Of a DNA stretch of 64,000 nt, positions 37,122 through 46,366 are shown one piece after another; position 1 is the first letter of the stretch; every line of letters starts with the position of its first letter. The position numbers were made by a program, and so were the translations under genes. Source of the DNA: Nitrospirota bacterium (GTDB lineage Bacteria > Nitrospirota > UBA9217); NCBI GenBank assembly GCA_963790205.1, contig CAWBNQ010000001.1, positions 224,001-288,000 on the forward strand. Reading direction: 5' to 3'. The notes beneath the pieces are model-generated. The model saw only the letters and a list, made by a program, of their open reading frames with translations. It was not told the origin of the DNA and searched no databases.

Positions 37122-40100
37122 TCAGTTGATAACTCTTATTACGTCCACGCCGTCAAAGGCCGTCGGTCCGACCTTACCCGTCACATGGACAGGAACGCTG
37201 TCTCCGAGCGGCAGGACGCCAATCACGTCGCTCCGCTTGAACTTTACCATGAGGTCCGGGATGCCGTCCTTGTCCTGGTCGCCGATCGCGTAGGGCCAGG
37301 TTTCTGCAGGGATGGTCCCTTCGAGCCGGATCGACGAGACATCGATGTCCTTGACGTTGTAGCCCGCCGGCAGCTCGATATAGACCACGACCCAGGTCCC
37401 GTTGCTCGATTTATTGAGCGTATCGGGGTCGAAGTCGATCGTGGCGGTGATGCCCGTTTGCGGCAGATGGACCGTGAAGCTCGCCATGCTCGTCCAGGGG
37501 CCGTAGAGCTGGCCGTCATAAGCCCGGCAGCGCCACTGATAAATGGTGTTGTCAGTAAGCGCTGTGGCCGGGGTTGCCGATGTGATGCCCGAGCTGCCGC
37601 CGGGCACGCCTATTATGGAAGTAACGAGCGCTCCGCCGCTGTATATCTCGAAATCATACGTAAGGCTCGGGCTGTCCGGATCGGTCGCGTTCACGACGGC
37701 AAGCGTGGGCGTAAGCGTCGCGACGCTGCTGCCGTCGGCAGGAGCCGAGAGCGACGGGGCGCTGGGCGCATCGTCGGCAGTATTCACCATGAAGGAGGCC
37801 TGCGGCATCCAGGGGCCGTAGAGCTTGCCGTCAAAGGCGCGTGTTCTCCAGTAGTAAGTCTGGTTTTCGGTTAGAACCACTGGCACGGTCCAGGATGTGA
37901 TCTGGCTGGTCTCAGCCACACCGGTTGTACTCGTAACGAGCGTTATGAGCCCGGAGTCGCTGTAGACCTCGAAGTCATACGTAAGAGCGTCCCGGTCAGG
38001 GTCCGTGGAATCATACACCGACAAGGTCGGCGTGAACACGGTCACCGCGCCGGCATTGGACGGGTTGGCAAGCGTCGGCGCGGTCGGCGGCTCGTTTACG
38101 GCGTTTGCAAAGAAGCCGACAACAGTTGACCACGGACTGTCCGCCTGCCCGTCGGAGGCCTTCACCCGGACGTAGTACTGCGTGTCTTCGGTAAGGCCTG
38201 TAACGCGCCAGGTAGTGGCGCTCTGGCCCTGGGCCACTGAACCGGAGCGGATGATATTGGGTGAATCGAAGGTCGGGACCGTATCGACCTCGAAGAAATA
38301 CGCGATGACACTTGAATCAGGGTCCGTGCTGTTCGCGACCGCGATGTCCGTATCGAGGGCAGCTATGGTCGCATTGTTCGCCGGGGCCGTGATAACCGGC
38401 ATTGTCGGCGGCTCGTTCGTGGTGTTGACGAAGAATGAAGCCGTTGTTGACCACAGGCCGGTCATGAACCAGTCGTCGGCCTGCGCCCTCCAGTAGTACC
38501 AGTTGTTCTCTACCAGATTTGCCGGGACCTGCCACGATGTGGTCCCCTGGCTGGACATAGTCGATGTCTGGCTGCTCATAACTCCTGTTGTCGTGGCAAT
38601 GATCTGGGTAAATCCGGGATCAAGGGCCACGTCGAAGTTGTAGGTAAGGCTCGGGCTGTCCGGGTCCGTGGCGTTGGTCACGGTAAGGACCGGCGTATAG
38701 GTCGCGACCTGGCTGCCGTCTGTTGGGCTGCTGATCAGGGGCGCCGTGGGAGGATCGTCCACGGTGTTGACCCGGAAGGAGGCGGGCGCCATCCAGGGGC
38801 CGTAGAGCCAGTTGTCATAAGCCCGGCTGCGCCAGTAGTAAGTCTGGTTTTCCGTGAGGGTCAGGGGAACAGTCCATGACGTTGTTCCCGTGCCCTGGGT
38901 GAGCATATCTGATGACGCCGTGAGTTGCGTCAGCGCGCTGTCGCTGTAGAGCTCGAACTGGTAGGTAAGCTTGTCGTCGTTCGGGTCCGAAGCGTTGTTA
39001 ACCGTCAATGTCGGCGTGAAGGTAAGAACGTCGGAGCCGTTAACAGGTCCGACGAGCGACGGGCTTGACGGCGCGCCTTCGATCCGGAAGTAGGCGCCGC
39101 TAAGGGTTTCCGTCAGACTGCCGACGGTTGCCTGGAGGATAACGAGGTAGTCCTTGGCCGTGTACCTGGTGGTGTCGATCAGGATGGTGTTTGCCGTTGA
39201 TCCTCCCATGGCAAGGGTCGCCTGGTTCGGGAAGGTGTCGTACACGGTCTGGTCGGAGACATTTACCGTGAGCACGGTAAGTGTTACGTTTTGAAGGTCG
39301 ATATTGCCCACGTTCGTGACGTTGTAGGACACGGTCGCGGTCTGCCCGGACAGAAGCTCCTGCGCGCCCACGGAGATCTGGCCCCGAAGGACCGATGCGG
39401 GGTTTATGACGTTGGTTATCGTAAGAGTCTGCGTTCCCGTGGCGATGATCGTCCCGGTTAAATCTCGTACAATGAGTGTGACGGGATAGGTCCCTGAGGG
39501 ATAGGTCCCTATGTTCCAGTAGTCCTTAAAGTTGTACGTTGCGCCGGGCATGAGGCTGGTGATGGCCTTGGTGTCCGTAAAGAGCGTTGTCGCCGGGCTC
39601 GTTACTATATTCGACCCGATGGTAAGCGTTGCCGAGAGGTTCTGGAGAATGGTGTTTCTGCTCTGGCTCGTTATGACTGCGCTCAGCGCTGCCGTGTCAT
39701 TGGGGTTATAGGATATCTTGTCCGTCGTAACCCCTGCGCTCATCCGGGTATCGGATGCGATCGTGAACCCCGTCACCTTCCTTGAGATCACCCGGCCTGA
39801 CTCGCTGAACTCGGCCATCACCGTGTACTGGCCGGCAAGAGTTGCTGCCGTGTTCCAGGTCCGGGTAAGCATAACGCTGCTGTTCGCGTTGACTGTGACC
39901 GGATCGGCCGTTGATATCGTGGCAATGAGATTTCCAGCGCTATCTTTCACGTACAGGCCAAGGGTAAGGTATCGGGTGTTTCCGGTGTTGTCCGATACGG
40001 TTAAGGTCTCCGTCACGGTGTCGTCGGCATTGTAAGTGGCTTTGTCGAGCGTGAGTGATGCGGCCAACCCTGCCGATTGAATGAAAATGGCCTGAGAAGC

Positions 40101-43100
40101 CATATTATTGTCTTCCCTGCTCTCGATGATCATGCTCGCGGGGTCTACGACGACGTAGACCTGCTGCTGCCCTGCCCATCCCGTGGTGTCGAGGCTCGCC
40201 TGGACCATAGCGGTACTTCCCAAGGCCATGACCGGGTAAATGGTCTGGCTCGAAACGAGCATGCCTCCGGAAGATGGGTTGCCGAGGTAGATATTCACCA
40301 GGACATTGCTCGTTGACGCACCCTGGTTATGGATGGTGGCGGAAACCGAGAGCGCGTTCCCTTCGGAAGGAGACGCGGGCGTAAGCTGGATGTCGGAAGC
40401 GGAGACGGCAAGGTCGGGGAGCACGGCCTGCTGGACCTGGAACATGACGGAAGCGCTGTTGTTCGCCTTGCTCGATTCGACGATGGCATTTGCAGGGTCA
40501 ACGACGATGTAGAGCACATTCGTTCCCACTTTGCCGAGGGTGTCGTAACTGAAGGTGACCGGGGCTGTGCCTCCGGCGCTTATCGAAGCGATAACCTGGT
40601 CAGTTCCGACCCGGACTCCGCCTGTTGCGGGATTGCCGTTGTAGAGCCGAACAACGACGTTTGATGCCGAGAGGCCGCCGATGTTGCTTATTGTCGCCGT
40701 GACCGGAATGGGGGTCCCCTCGTAATAGGGACCTGCCGGCAACGCGATGTTCTGAGGACTGATCGTGAGGTCCGGGTACTCGACGACGATGGTAACGTCT
40801 GCTGCGGCCTGGTTGTCGTCCTTGCGGCACTCGGAGATGGCGTTCGCCGCGTCCACCACAGCATAAATATGATGGAGCCCCAGGCCCCCGCCGGCCCAGT
40901 TGTAGACCACATCCTGGAAGTCTCCGGGATTAAGGGCCTTTGTGGTTGATGCGGTGCCGATGGCTGTTCCGCCAGCCGCCGGATCGCCGTCGTAGTACGT
41001 AACCGTCACGGTCGGTGTGGAAGCGATCGCTCCGCCGTTCCCTACCCTGACAGCGATATTTGTCGACAATCCTGCCTGCTCAATGCGCAGGTCCGAGGCT
41101 GTGAGATTCGGGGTGAGATAGGGGTTCGGATTAGGTCCGATTGATGCCTGAGTTTGGTACGTATTATTAAGAAGCCAGCTCGGGGCCTCATGCTGCGGGA
41201 TCGAGCCGTCGTCGTTTACATTTGTGACATGATAAGAAGGCTGATTGTAAATACGGCGTCCGTTGGACCATGGATGGTTCGGATCTACCGAGTGATACAC
41301 GCGCATCGCTTCGAGATTGTTTTTATCGTCATGGCCTGTCACAACTAATTCGACCTGTCCATCGCCGTCCACGTCAGCTACAGTCACGTTTTGCGGGAAG
41401 ACATTATCATCTCCGCCAAAAGGTTCCTGATACAAAACTGTGCCGTCTTTCCCGGAAAGGATCGTGAAGTAGCCTCCGCTGTTTATCATCACCTTCGGGA
41501 TGCCGTCTCCGTCCAGATCGAAAACCGTCGGCGCCGCACTATAGGCAGAGCTAGTATAAACCGGAATCGTAAGTGTATTCTTGAGTTGACCGTCCTTATT
41601 CAAGACTAAAATCTTATTCTCGCTCCTGATCCCTATTTCCGGCTTGCCGTCCCCGTCGAAGTCTGCCACAATTGGCGGACTTGCGCCAAAGGAACCAATT
41701 GAGTTATTTCCAAGGAGCTGTCTTACGGATACCGGACCCCATTTGATATTACCCGTGTTGTCGAGAAGATAGACCACAGCATCACCTGAAACGTATCCTT
41801 CCAAAACAATTTCCGGGTAGGGATCGCCGTCGAAATTAGCGATAGCGACGGCCCCATCGGGAAGCGAAGATTTCCACCAGATACGATTGCAATTGTTGTC
41901 ATACGCTGCATTGCCGGCCACGATCTCCTGCTGACCGTCGAGGTTCAGATCAACAACTGCTGCAAAATCATACAATACCCCTCCGTATACGTTGAAGTAA
42001 CCCTTCCCACTGCCATTATAAGAGTTATAGCCGGCGCATCGGACGGAGCCGTCCGCGTTGATGACCGTCGGTCCCGAGATGATTTCCTTGTTCCCGTCTC
42101 CCTTGAGGTCGGCGATGGCGGTAACGTTCCTCTGAGAAATAGTGGGGATAAAATAGCCGCTGGAGCTTGAGGGATGGGCTGTTTTCCATGCCTGGACTTG
42201 CGCACTATCGTCCCACTTCATGGTCCAGTCGTTGTTGTAGACGACCAGCCCATAACCATAGGTGTTATTGTTAGTTTCAAAGATGATCTCCGGTTTCCCG
42301 TCACCGTCGAAGTCTCCGGACGAAACATAGGAGAGTATATCCGCGTGGTGGTTTATATCGTAGATTGAAGCATAGTTCTCCCCGGTATCGCCCTTGAAGG
42401 CCAATATCTTTGCCGAGTACACCAGTAGAGGGTTCATCACAGGGAGAACGATATCCGGAACATCATTTTGATCTATCTTCCCGTCGCCGTTCGTGTCCCG
42501 CAAATGCATGATTGTAGGCTGAGGTAACAACAGCCAACCGGCGCTAGGTATTCCCCACTTCCACTTGACCGTTGCTTGAATGGGGTTCGTTGGGACGACC
42601 TGACAGTCCTTGCAGGACACGAGATGATTGTTGTCCTCGTTCTGTTCGAGAATGGCGTCGCCGGAATCGACGAACGCGTAGAGCGGCGAGTGGAGGAACG
42701 TGACCGCGCCGGAGAGCGGCACGTCGACCGCACCAACTCCTTCGGGCCAGAGCGCCGCGGGATTCGATCCTGTCCCGAAACTCATGAGACCCGTGCCTAA
42801 GAGGTTGTCCACCCCCGCGGTGTATTTCCCGTCTCCGTCCTTGTCCTCGAAGATAGAGACGTTAAAGGACGTGGTTATCTTGTCGTCGCCTGTGTTCTGG
42901 AAGGTGACGTGGGCGGTGCCAGAGATTGCGAGCGATTGGGGATCGGTTGTCGTGTTCGTGAGGTCGATCGAAACAGGAACAAGGTCAGGTCCCAGGGTCT
43001 CCCCCGGCGATAAGATGGTGAGCGAGCGGATGGCCGTGTTGTTGTCTTCGTACATTTCCACGACCACATTCTCGGGGTCGGCCACGGCGTAGAACCGGTA

Positions 43101-45233
43101 TACCTGGGGCGAGGCGATGAAAGAGTAAGTTACCGTGATGCTGCCGTCGCCTGCGATGTCGCTTATCGGGAATGTCTGGAGCAGAACTCCGCCTGTACTG
43201 GGATCGCCGTTGTAGATCGCCAGGTTGAATGCACCCGTGTCCTTGATGCCGGTATTATGGGCGGTTATGGTAAGCGCCACGCTGTCACCGGATACGGGAT
43301 GCGGAGGGTTGAAGACCAGGTCTGTGGCGGAAATTTCTATGTCCACCATGTCGGTCATGATCCTGACTGACGCGCGGTTGTTGTTCTCGTTCGATTCGAT
43401 GATCTGGTTGGCCCGGTCGAGGATGACGTAGACGTCGTGGATGCCGCTGGGTATGGCCCAGCTTGCGGTTATAAGCTGCGATCCTCCGGCGACAAGGGAG
43501 ATCGTCTGGCTGTTTATGAGCGTGCCGCCCGATTCGGGCGCGCCGTCGAAGATCTCGACGGTGAAGTTATTTGCCGCATCAGCGCCGATGTTATGGACAT
43601 TTGCGGCGATCTGGACCGTGTCGCCTGCATGGGGCCGGGAGGGATTTAGAATAATGTCTGTGGGTGAAATTGTCAGATCAGCCTGGGTGAGCGTGCCGCC
43701 CACGTTCACCGTGACCGAGCCGGTGTTGTTGGTCTTGGATATCTCGGTGATTACGTTCCCTGAGTCGGCAACGAGGTAGAGCGTATGGGAGCCGTTCGTC
43801 GTAAGGGTGACGCCGATGGTCCCGGTGCGCATATCGCTGCCGCTCACGCCGGAGATATCGGCGGTCTGGAGGAGAACGCCGTTATTTGCCGGGTCGCCGT
43901 CATACAAGGCCACGGTAAATGCACCTGCAGGGCTCTCGCCTATATTTCTTATGGTGTAGTTGAGCGTGAACGCAGTTCCCGCGGTTGGTACATAGGTTGA
44001 GGGTATAAGGTCTGAGGAATAGACGGCAAGGTCCGGGCCGGTTGCCACCCAGAGCCGGGCTGAGGCTTTGTTGTCGAGCTTGTTGGTTTCCGAGATGAGG
44101 TTATCAGGGTCAGCGACGACGAAGATGGTGTCAGCGCCGGTGCCGCTGAAACTCGTTGTGATTGACGCTTGTGCCGATGAGCCAAGGGCTATGAGCGGGA
44201 TTATCTGGTCCGTGCCGATCTGAGTGCCGCCGACTGCGGGATCGCCGAGGTAGAAGCGGACCATCACATTTGATGCGTTGTCGTAACCCGTATTGCTTAT
44301 TACGGCGCTGATGGTCGTCGTGGCCCCGGAAAGGGGCATGGAATTCGAGAAGGTGATTCCGGAGGTTGAGACAGCAAGGTTCGGTTTTGCTTCTGCAAGG
44401 GCCTGGAGCGCCAGGGCGGTTGAATAGGGATCGTCGTTCCAGGAACCGTCAGCGAGTTGGGATGTGGTGAGGTAATTGATGCCGTTCTGGATGGTCTGGA
44501 CGCTCCCCTGCCCGCTTTCGATCATGGACATAAGAGATAGAGCCGTGTCGTAAACAGTTGAAGGTGAGTTCCCGAACCCGCCGTCGGTGTTTTGATAGGC
44601 GAGCAGGAACGCCGATGCTTGATTGATGGAAGTCTGATTGATGAAGACGGAATTGTAGGCAGACAGCGCTCGGAGGACGAATGATGTGACGTAGGTGTTG
44701 CTGGCATCGCCTGGAGTGAACCCCCATCCACCGTCTGTGTTCTGGTTCGTTGTGAGGTAGCTCAATGACTGGCCGATGAGCGTAGTGTCGGAGTAATTTA
44801 TGGCAGAAAGGGCCTGGAGGGCCAAGGCGGTGTCGAGGATTTCGTTGACGTAATCTGAATCCATTCCCCATCCGCCTTCCGTTCCCCGATAGAGAAGCAG
44901 GCTGGCCAGATCGGCTGAGGTGTCCTGTCCGGCACGTTTGAGAGCGATGATCTGGCGTGCGAGATAGTCAGTAGGCGAAACGATCTGGCCGCTGAGCCAC
45001 TGGAAGCCTGTCGAATATGCTTGGCTTGAAGGATCAAGAGCGTAGGCGGCATCTAGAGCCGCAGCCGTGGAGTAATAATCGGTGGTCACCATTTGCGGCC
45101 AATTACCGCTAGCGGTCTGAGAAGAGTAGAGCCAGGAGAGGCCGGATGAAATCTGTGGCGATTGAGCAAAAGCACGAGAATATGGAGACGATAACAAGAT
45201 AATTAAAGCGATGATCAACGCTTTTTTTTGCAT
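37122..45233 (-). CDS. Giant secreted multidomain protein: prenyltransferase-like alpha/alpha toroid, about 8 CARDB, FG-GAP/VCBS beta-propeller, MG-like domains, 5 FN3-like repeats
   Basis: Signal peptide; QNTDGGWG/QNTDGGFG/QLADGSW repeats; PDL...DPxNxIxExxxxNN CARDB units; DFDGDGKPEI repeats; DKxxYNxxD motifs; five TPTL...DPD...YYWRxRAxD...GPW units. Confidence 0.9.
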   Translation of the reverse strand: MQKKALIIALIILLSSPYSRAFAQSPQISSGLSWLYSSQTASGNWPQMVTTDYYSTAAALDAAYALDPSSQAYSTGFQWLSGQIVSPTDYLARQIIALKRAGQDTSADLASLLLYRGTEGGWGMDSDYVNEILDTALALQALSAINYSDTTLIGQSLSYLTTNQNTDGGWGFTPGDASNTYVTSFVLRALSAYNSVFINQTSINQASAFLLAYQNTDGGFGNSPSTVYDTALSLMSMIESGQGSVQTIQNGINYLTTSQLADGSWNDDPYSTALALQALAEAKPNLAVSTSGITFSNSMPLSGATTTISAVISNTGYDNASNVMVRFYLGDPAVGGTQIGTDQIIPLIALGSSAQASITTSFSGTGADTIFVVADPDNLISETNKLDNKASARLWVATGPDLAVYSSDLIPSTYVPTAGTAFTLNYTIRNIGESPAGAFTVALYDGDPANNGVLLQTADISGVSGSDMRTGTIGVTLTTNGSHTLYLVADSGNVITEISKTNNTGSVTVNVGGTLTQADLTISPTDIILNPSRPHAGDTVQIAANVHNIGADAANNFTVEIFDGAPESGGTLINSQTISLVAGGSQLITASWAIPSGIHDVYVILDRANQIIESNENNNRASVRIMTDMVDIEISATDLVFNPPHPVSGDSVALTITAHNTGIKDTGAFNLAIYNGDPSTGGVLLQTFPISDIAGDGSITVTYSFIASPQVYRFYAVADPENVVVEMYEDNNTAIRSLTILSPGETLGPDLVPVSIDLTNTTTDPQSLAISGTAHVTFQNTGDDKITTSFNVSIFEDKDGDGKYTAGVDNLLGTGLMSFGTGSNPAALWPEGVGAVDVPLSGAVTFLHSPLYAFVDSGDAILEQNEDNNHLVSCKDCQVVPTNPIQATVKWKWGIPSAGWLLLPQPTIMHLRDTNGDGKIDQNDVPDIVLPVMNPLLVYSAKILAFKGDTGENYASIYDINHHADILSYVSSGDFDGDGKPEIIFETNNNTYGYGLVVYNNDWTMKWDDSAQVQAWKTAHPSSSSGYFIPTISQRNVTAIADLKGDGNKEIISGPTVINADGSVRCAGYNSYNGSGKGYFNVYGGVLYDFAAVVDLNLDGQQEIVAGNAAYDNNCNRIWWKSSLPDGAVAIANFDGDPYPEIVLEGYVSGDAVVYLLDNTGNIKWGPVSVRQLLGNNSIGSFGASPPIVADFDGDGKPEIGIRSENKILVLNKDGQLKNTLTIPVYTSSAYSAAPTVFDLDGDGIPKVMINSGGYFTILSGKDGTVLYQEPFGGDDNVFPQNVTVADVDGDGQVELVVTGHDDKNNLEAMRVYHSVDPNHPWSNGRRIYNQPSYHVTNVNDDGSIPQHEAPSWLLNNTYQTQASIGPNPNPYLTPNLTASDLRIEQAGLSTNIAVRVGNGGAIASTPTVTVTYYDGDPAAGGTAIGTASTTKALNPGDFQDVVYNWAGGGLGLHHIYAVVDAANAISECRKDDNQAAADVTIVVEYPDLTISPQNIALPAGPYYEGTPIPVTATISNIGGLSASNVVVRLYNGNPATGGVRVGTDQVIASISAGGTAPVTFSYDTLGKVGTNVLYIVVDPANAIVESSKANNSASVMFQVQQAVLPDLAVSASDIQLTPASPSEGNALSVSATIHNQGASTSNVLVNIYLGNPSSGGMLVSSQTIYPVMALGSTAMVQASLDTTGWAGQQQVYVVVDPASMIIESREDNNMASQAIFIQSAGLAASLTLDKATYNADDTVTETLTVSDNTGNTRYLTLGLYVKDSAGNLIATISTADPVTVNANSSVMLTRTWNTAATLAGQYTVMAEFSESGRVISRKVTGFTIASDTRMSAGVTTDKISYNPNDTAALSAVITSQSRNTILQNLSATLTIGSNIVTSPATTLFTDTKAITSLMPGATYNFKDYWNIGTYPSGTYPVTLIVRDLTGTIIATGTQTLTITNVINPASVLRGQISVGAQELLSGQTATVSYNVTNVGNIDLQNVTLTVLTVNVSDQTVYDTFPNQATLAMGGSTANTILIDTTRYTAKDYLVILQATVGSLTETLSGAYFRIEGAPSSPSLVGPVNGSDVLTFTPTLTVNNASDPNDDKLTYQFELYSDSALTQLTASSDMLTQGTGTTSWTVPLTLTENQTYYWRSRAYDNWLYGPWMAPASFRVNTVDDPPTAPLISSPTDGSQVATYTPVLTVTNATDPDSPSLTYNFDVALDPGFTQIIATTTGVMSSQTSTMSSQGTTSWQVPANLVENNWYYWRAQADDWFMTGLWSTTASFFVNTTNEPPTMPVITAPANNATIAALDTDIAVANSTDPDSSVIAYFFEVDTVPTFDSPNIIRSGSVAQGQSATTWRVTGLTEDTQYYVRVKASDGQADSPWSTVVGFFANAVNEPPTAPTLANPSNAGAVTVFTPTLSVYDSTDPDRDALTYDFEVYSDSGLITLVTSTTGVAETSQITSWTVPVVLTENQTYYWRTRAFDGKLYGPWMPQASFMVNTADDAPSAPSLSAPADGSSVATLTPTLAVVNATDPDSPSLTYDFEIYSGGALVTSIIGVPGGSSGITSATPATALTDNTIYQWRCRAYDGQLYGPWTSMASFTVHLPQTGITATIDFDPDTLNKSSNGTWVVVYIELPAGYNVKDIDVSSIRLEGTIPAETWPYAIGDQDKDGIPDLMVKFKRSDVIGVLPLGDSVPVHVTGKVGPTAFDGVDVIRVIN

Positions 45234-45472
45234 AGTTCCTCCGAACGCGACAATAATATAACGTCTATATAAATATGTCCTTGAATCCGCCTATGCGGTC
45301 GCAATAAACAAGATACAATCGTTGTCTTCTTAATTCTCTCGAAAGCGGAGAAGTATGTTCGTGTGATTCAGCAACTTGCATGCTGCAATATATTTATCTG
45401 GTCCAGCGCGAATGTTGACGGGATGTTTTTACTTAAAAAATATTTTACTTTGCTACACTTTGTCCTCTTGTC

Positions 45473-46366
45473 CTATTGCCCTACCAAATTGAACGTCTCC
45501 TCAGTCCTGTTCCATTCAACCTGATATTTATCCCAAGGCGCGACAGGGTATTTTGCTTTAAGCGCGTCATTCATCTGCATAAACATTTCAAAACCCTTTT
45601 GAATCTTCTCGCCAAACCTCCGCCCTTCCCACGAACCTCCAATAATTATCATCCTCAGACAGTCTTTATTGAATATCAGTCTGGCATTAAAATGCTGAAC
45701 GTCTTCAAGTTTTTTCTTAAGAACTGCATCAATCTCAGGGCAGCCAGTCACTGGGATTTCATCTTTATCGCCCTCACATTTTAACGCGACATCGATAGCA
45801 TATGGCCCTTTGATGAGGGAAAATAGTTCCACTTGACTTTCTTGGCCACCTGGCCCTCCCTTTCGGCCACCAAACATGTAGGCTTGAAATTTTTCCCAAC
45901 TCGTCTGATTGCTGCGCGGAGTCCCCGAAGCAATAGAAGCCTCCTCTCGTTTGGGCAAAGCCATATCAGGTGATGCCTCTCCAGGGGAATACGATAAGAA
46001 TGGCGAAAGGATGAGAGCAGCAACATGAATGTCATCTAACCACCCGTAAGCAAAACGATATTTTCCATAATAACGCACACTTATCTTAGTTCTTTTTTTT
46101 ATGAAACGCACCCCCAACTCATATGCGAATTCGGTAAAGTCTTTTTTTGCAAAGGTCGCCTTTCGCCAAAGTATCCAACTAATAAAGAGGACCAAAATTG
46201 AAATGGCCTCGCTTACCATCAAATCTATTTCGGAGTGCCGATGAAAACGATAGATATTCTTAATAAATGCGATTAGGAGTATCATCGTCATTGTCGATGC
46301 AAAAAACAAAACGTACCACAAGACTACAAGATAAGAAGGGCGATTGTATTTTTTTTTAAGCAGCAT
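45473..46366 (-). CDS. Membrane protein (two N-terminal TM helices plus soluble domain); candidate immunity/accessory protein
   Basis: AT-rich ORF overlapping the upstream stop by 11 bp; hydrophobic segments near aa 12-35 and 50-66. Confidence 0.65.
   Translation of the reverse strand: MLLKKKYNRPSYLVVLWYVLFFASTMTMILLIAFIKNIYRFHRHSEIDLMVSEAISILVLFISWILWRKATFAKKDFTEFAYELGVRFIKKRTKISVRYYGKYRFAYGWLDDIHVAALILSPFLSYSPGEASPDMALPKREEASIASGTPRSNQTSWEKFQAYMFGGRKGGPGGQESQVELFSLIKGPYAIDVALKCEGDKDEIPVTGCPEIDAVLKKKLEDVQHFNARLIFNKDCLRMIIIGGSWEGRRFGEKIQKGFEMFMQMNDALKAKYPVAPWDKYQVEWNRTEETFNLVGQ

Noticed and set aside
37400..39100. Repeats in the giant gene as a diversity-generating retroelement TR/VR pair
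   Set aside because: They are in-frame domain repeats without an adenine-specific mismatch pattern, and no reverse transcriptase is present.
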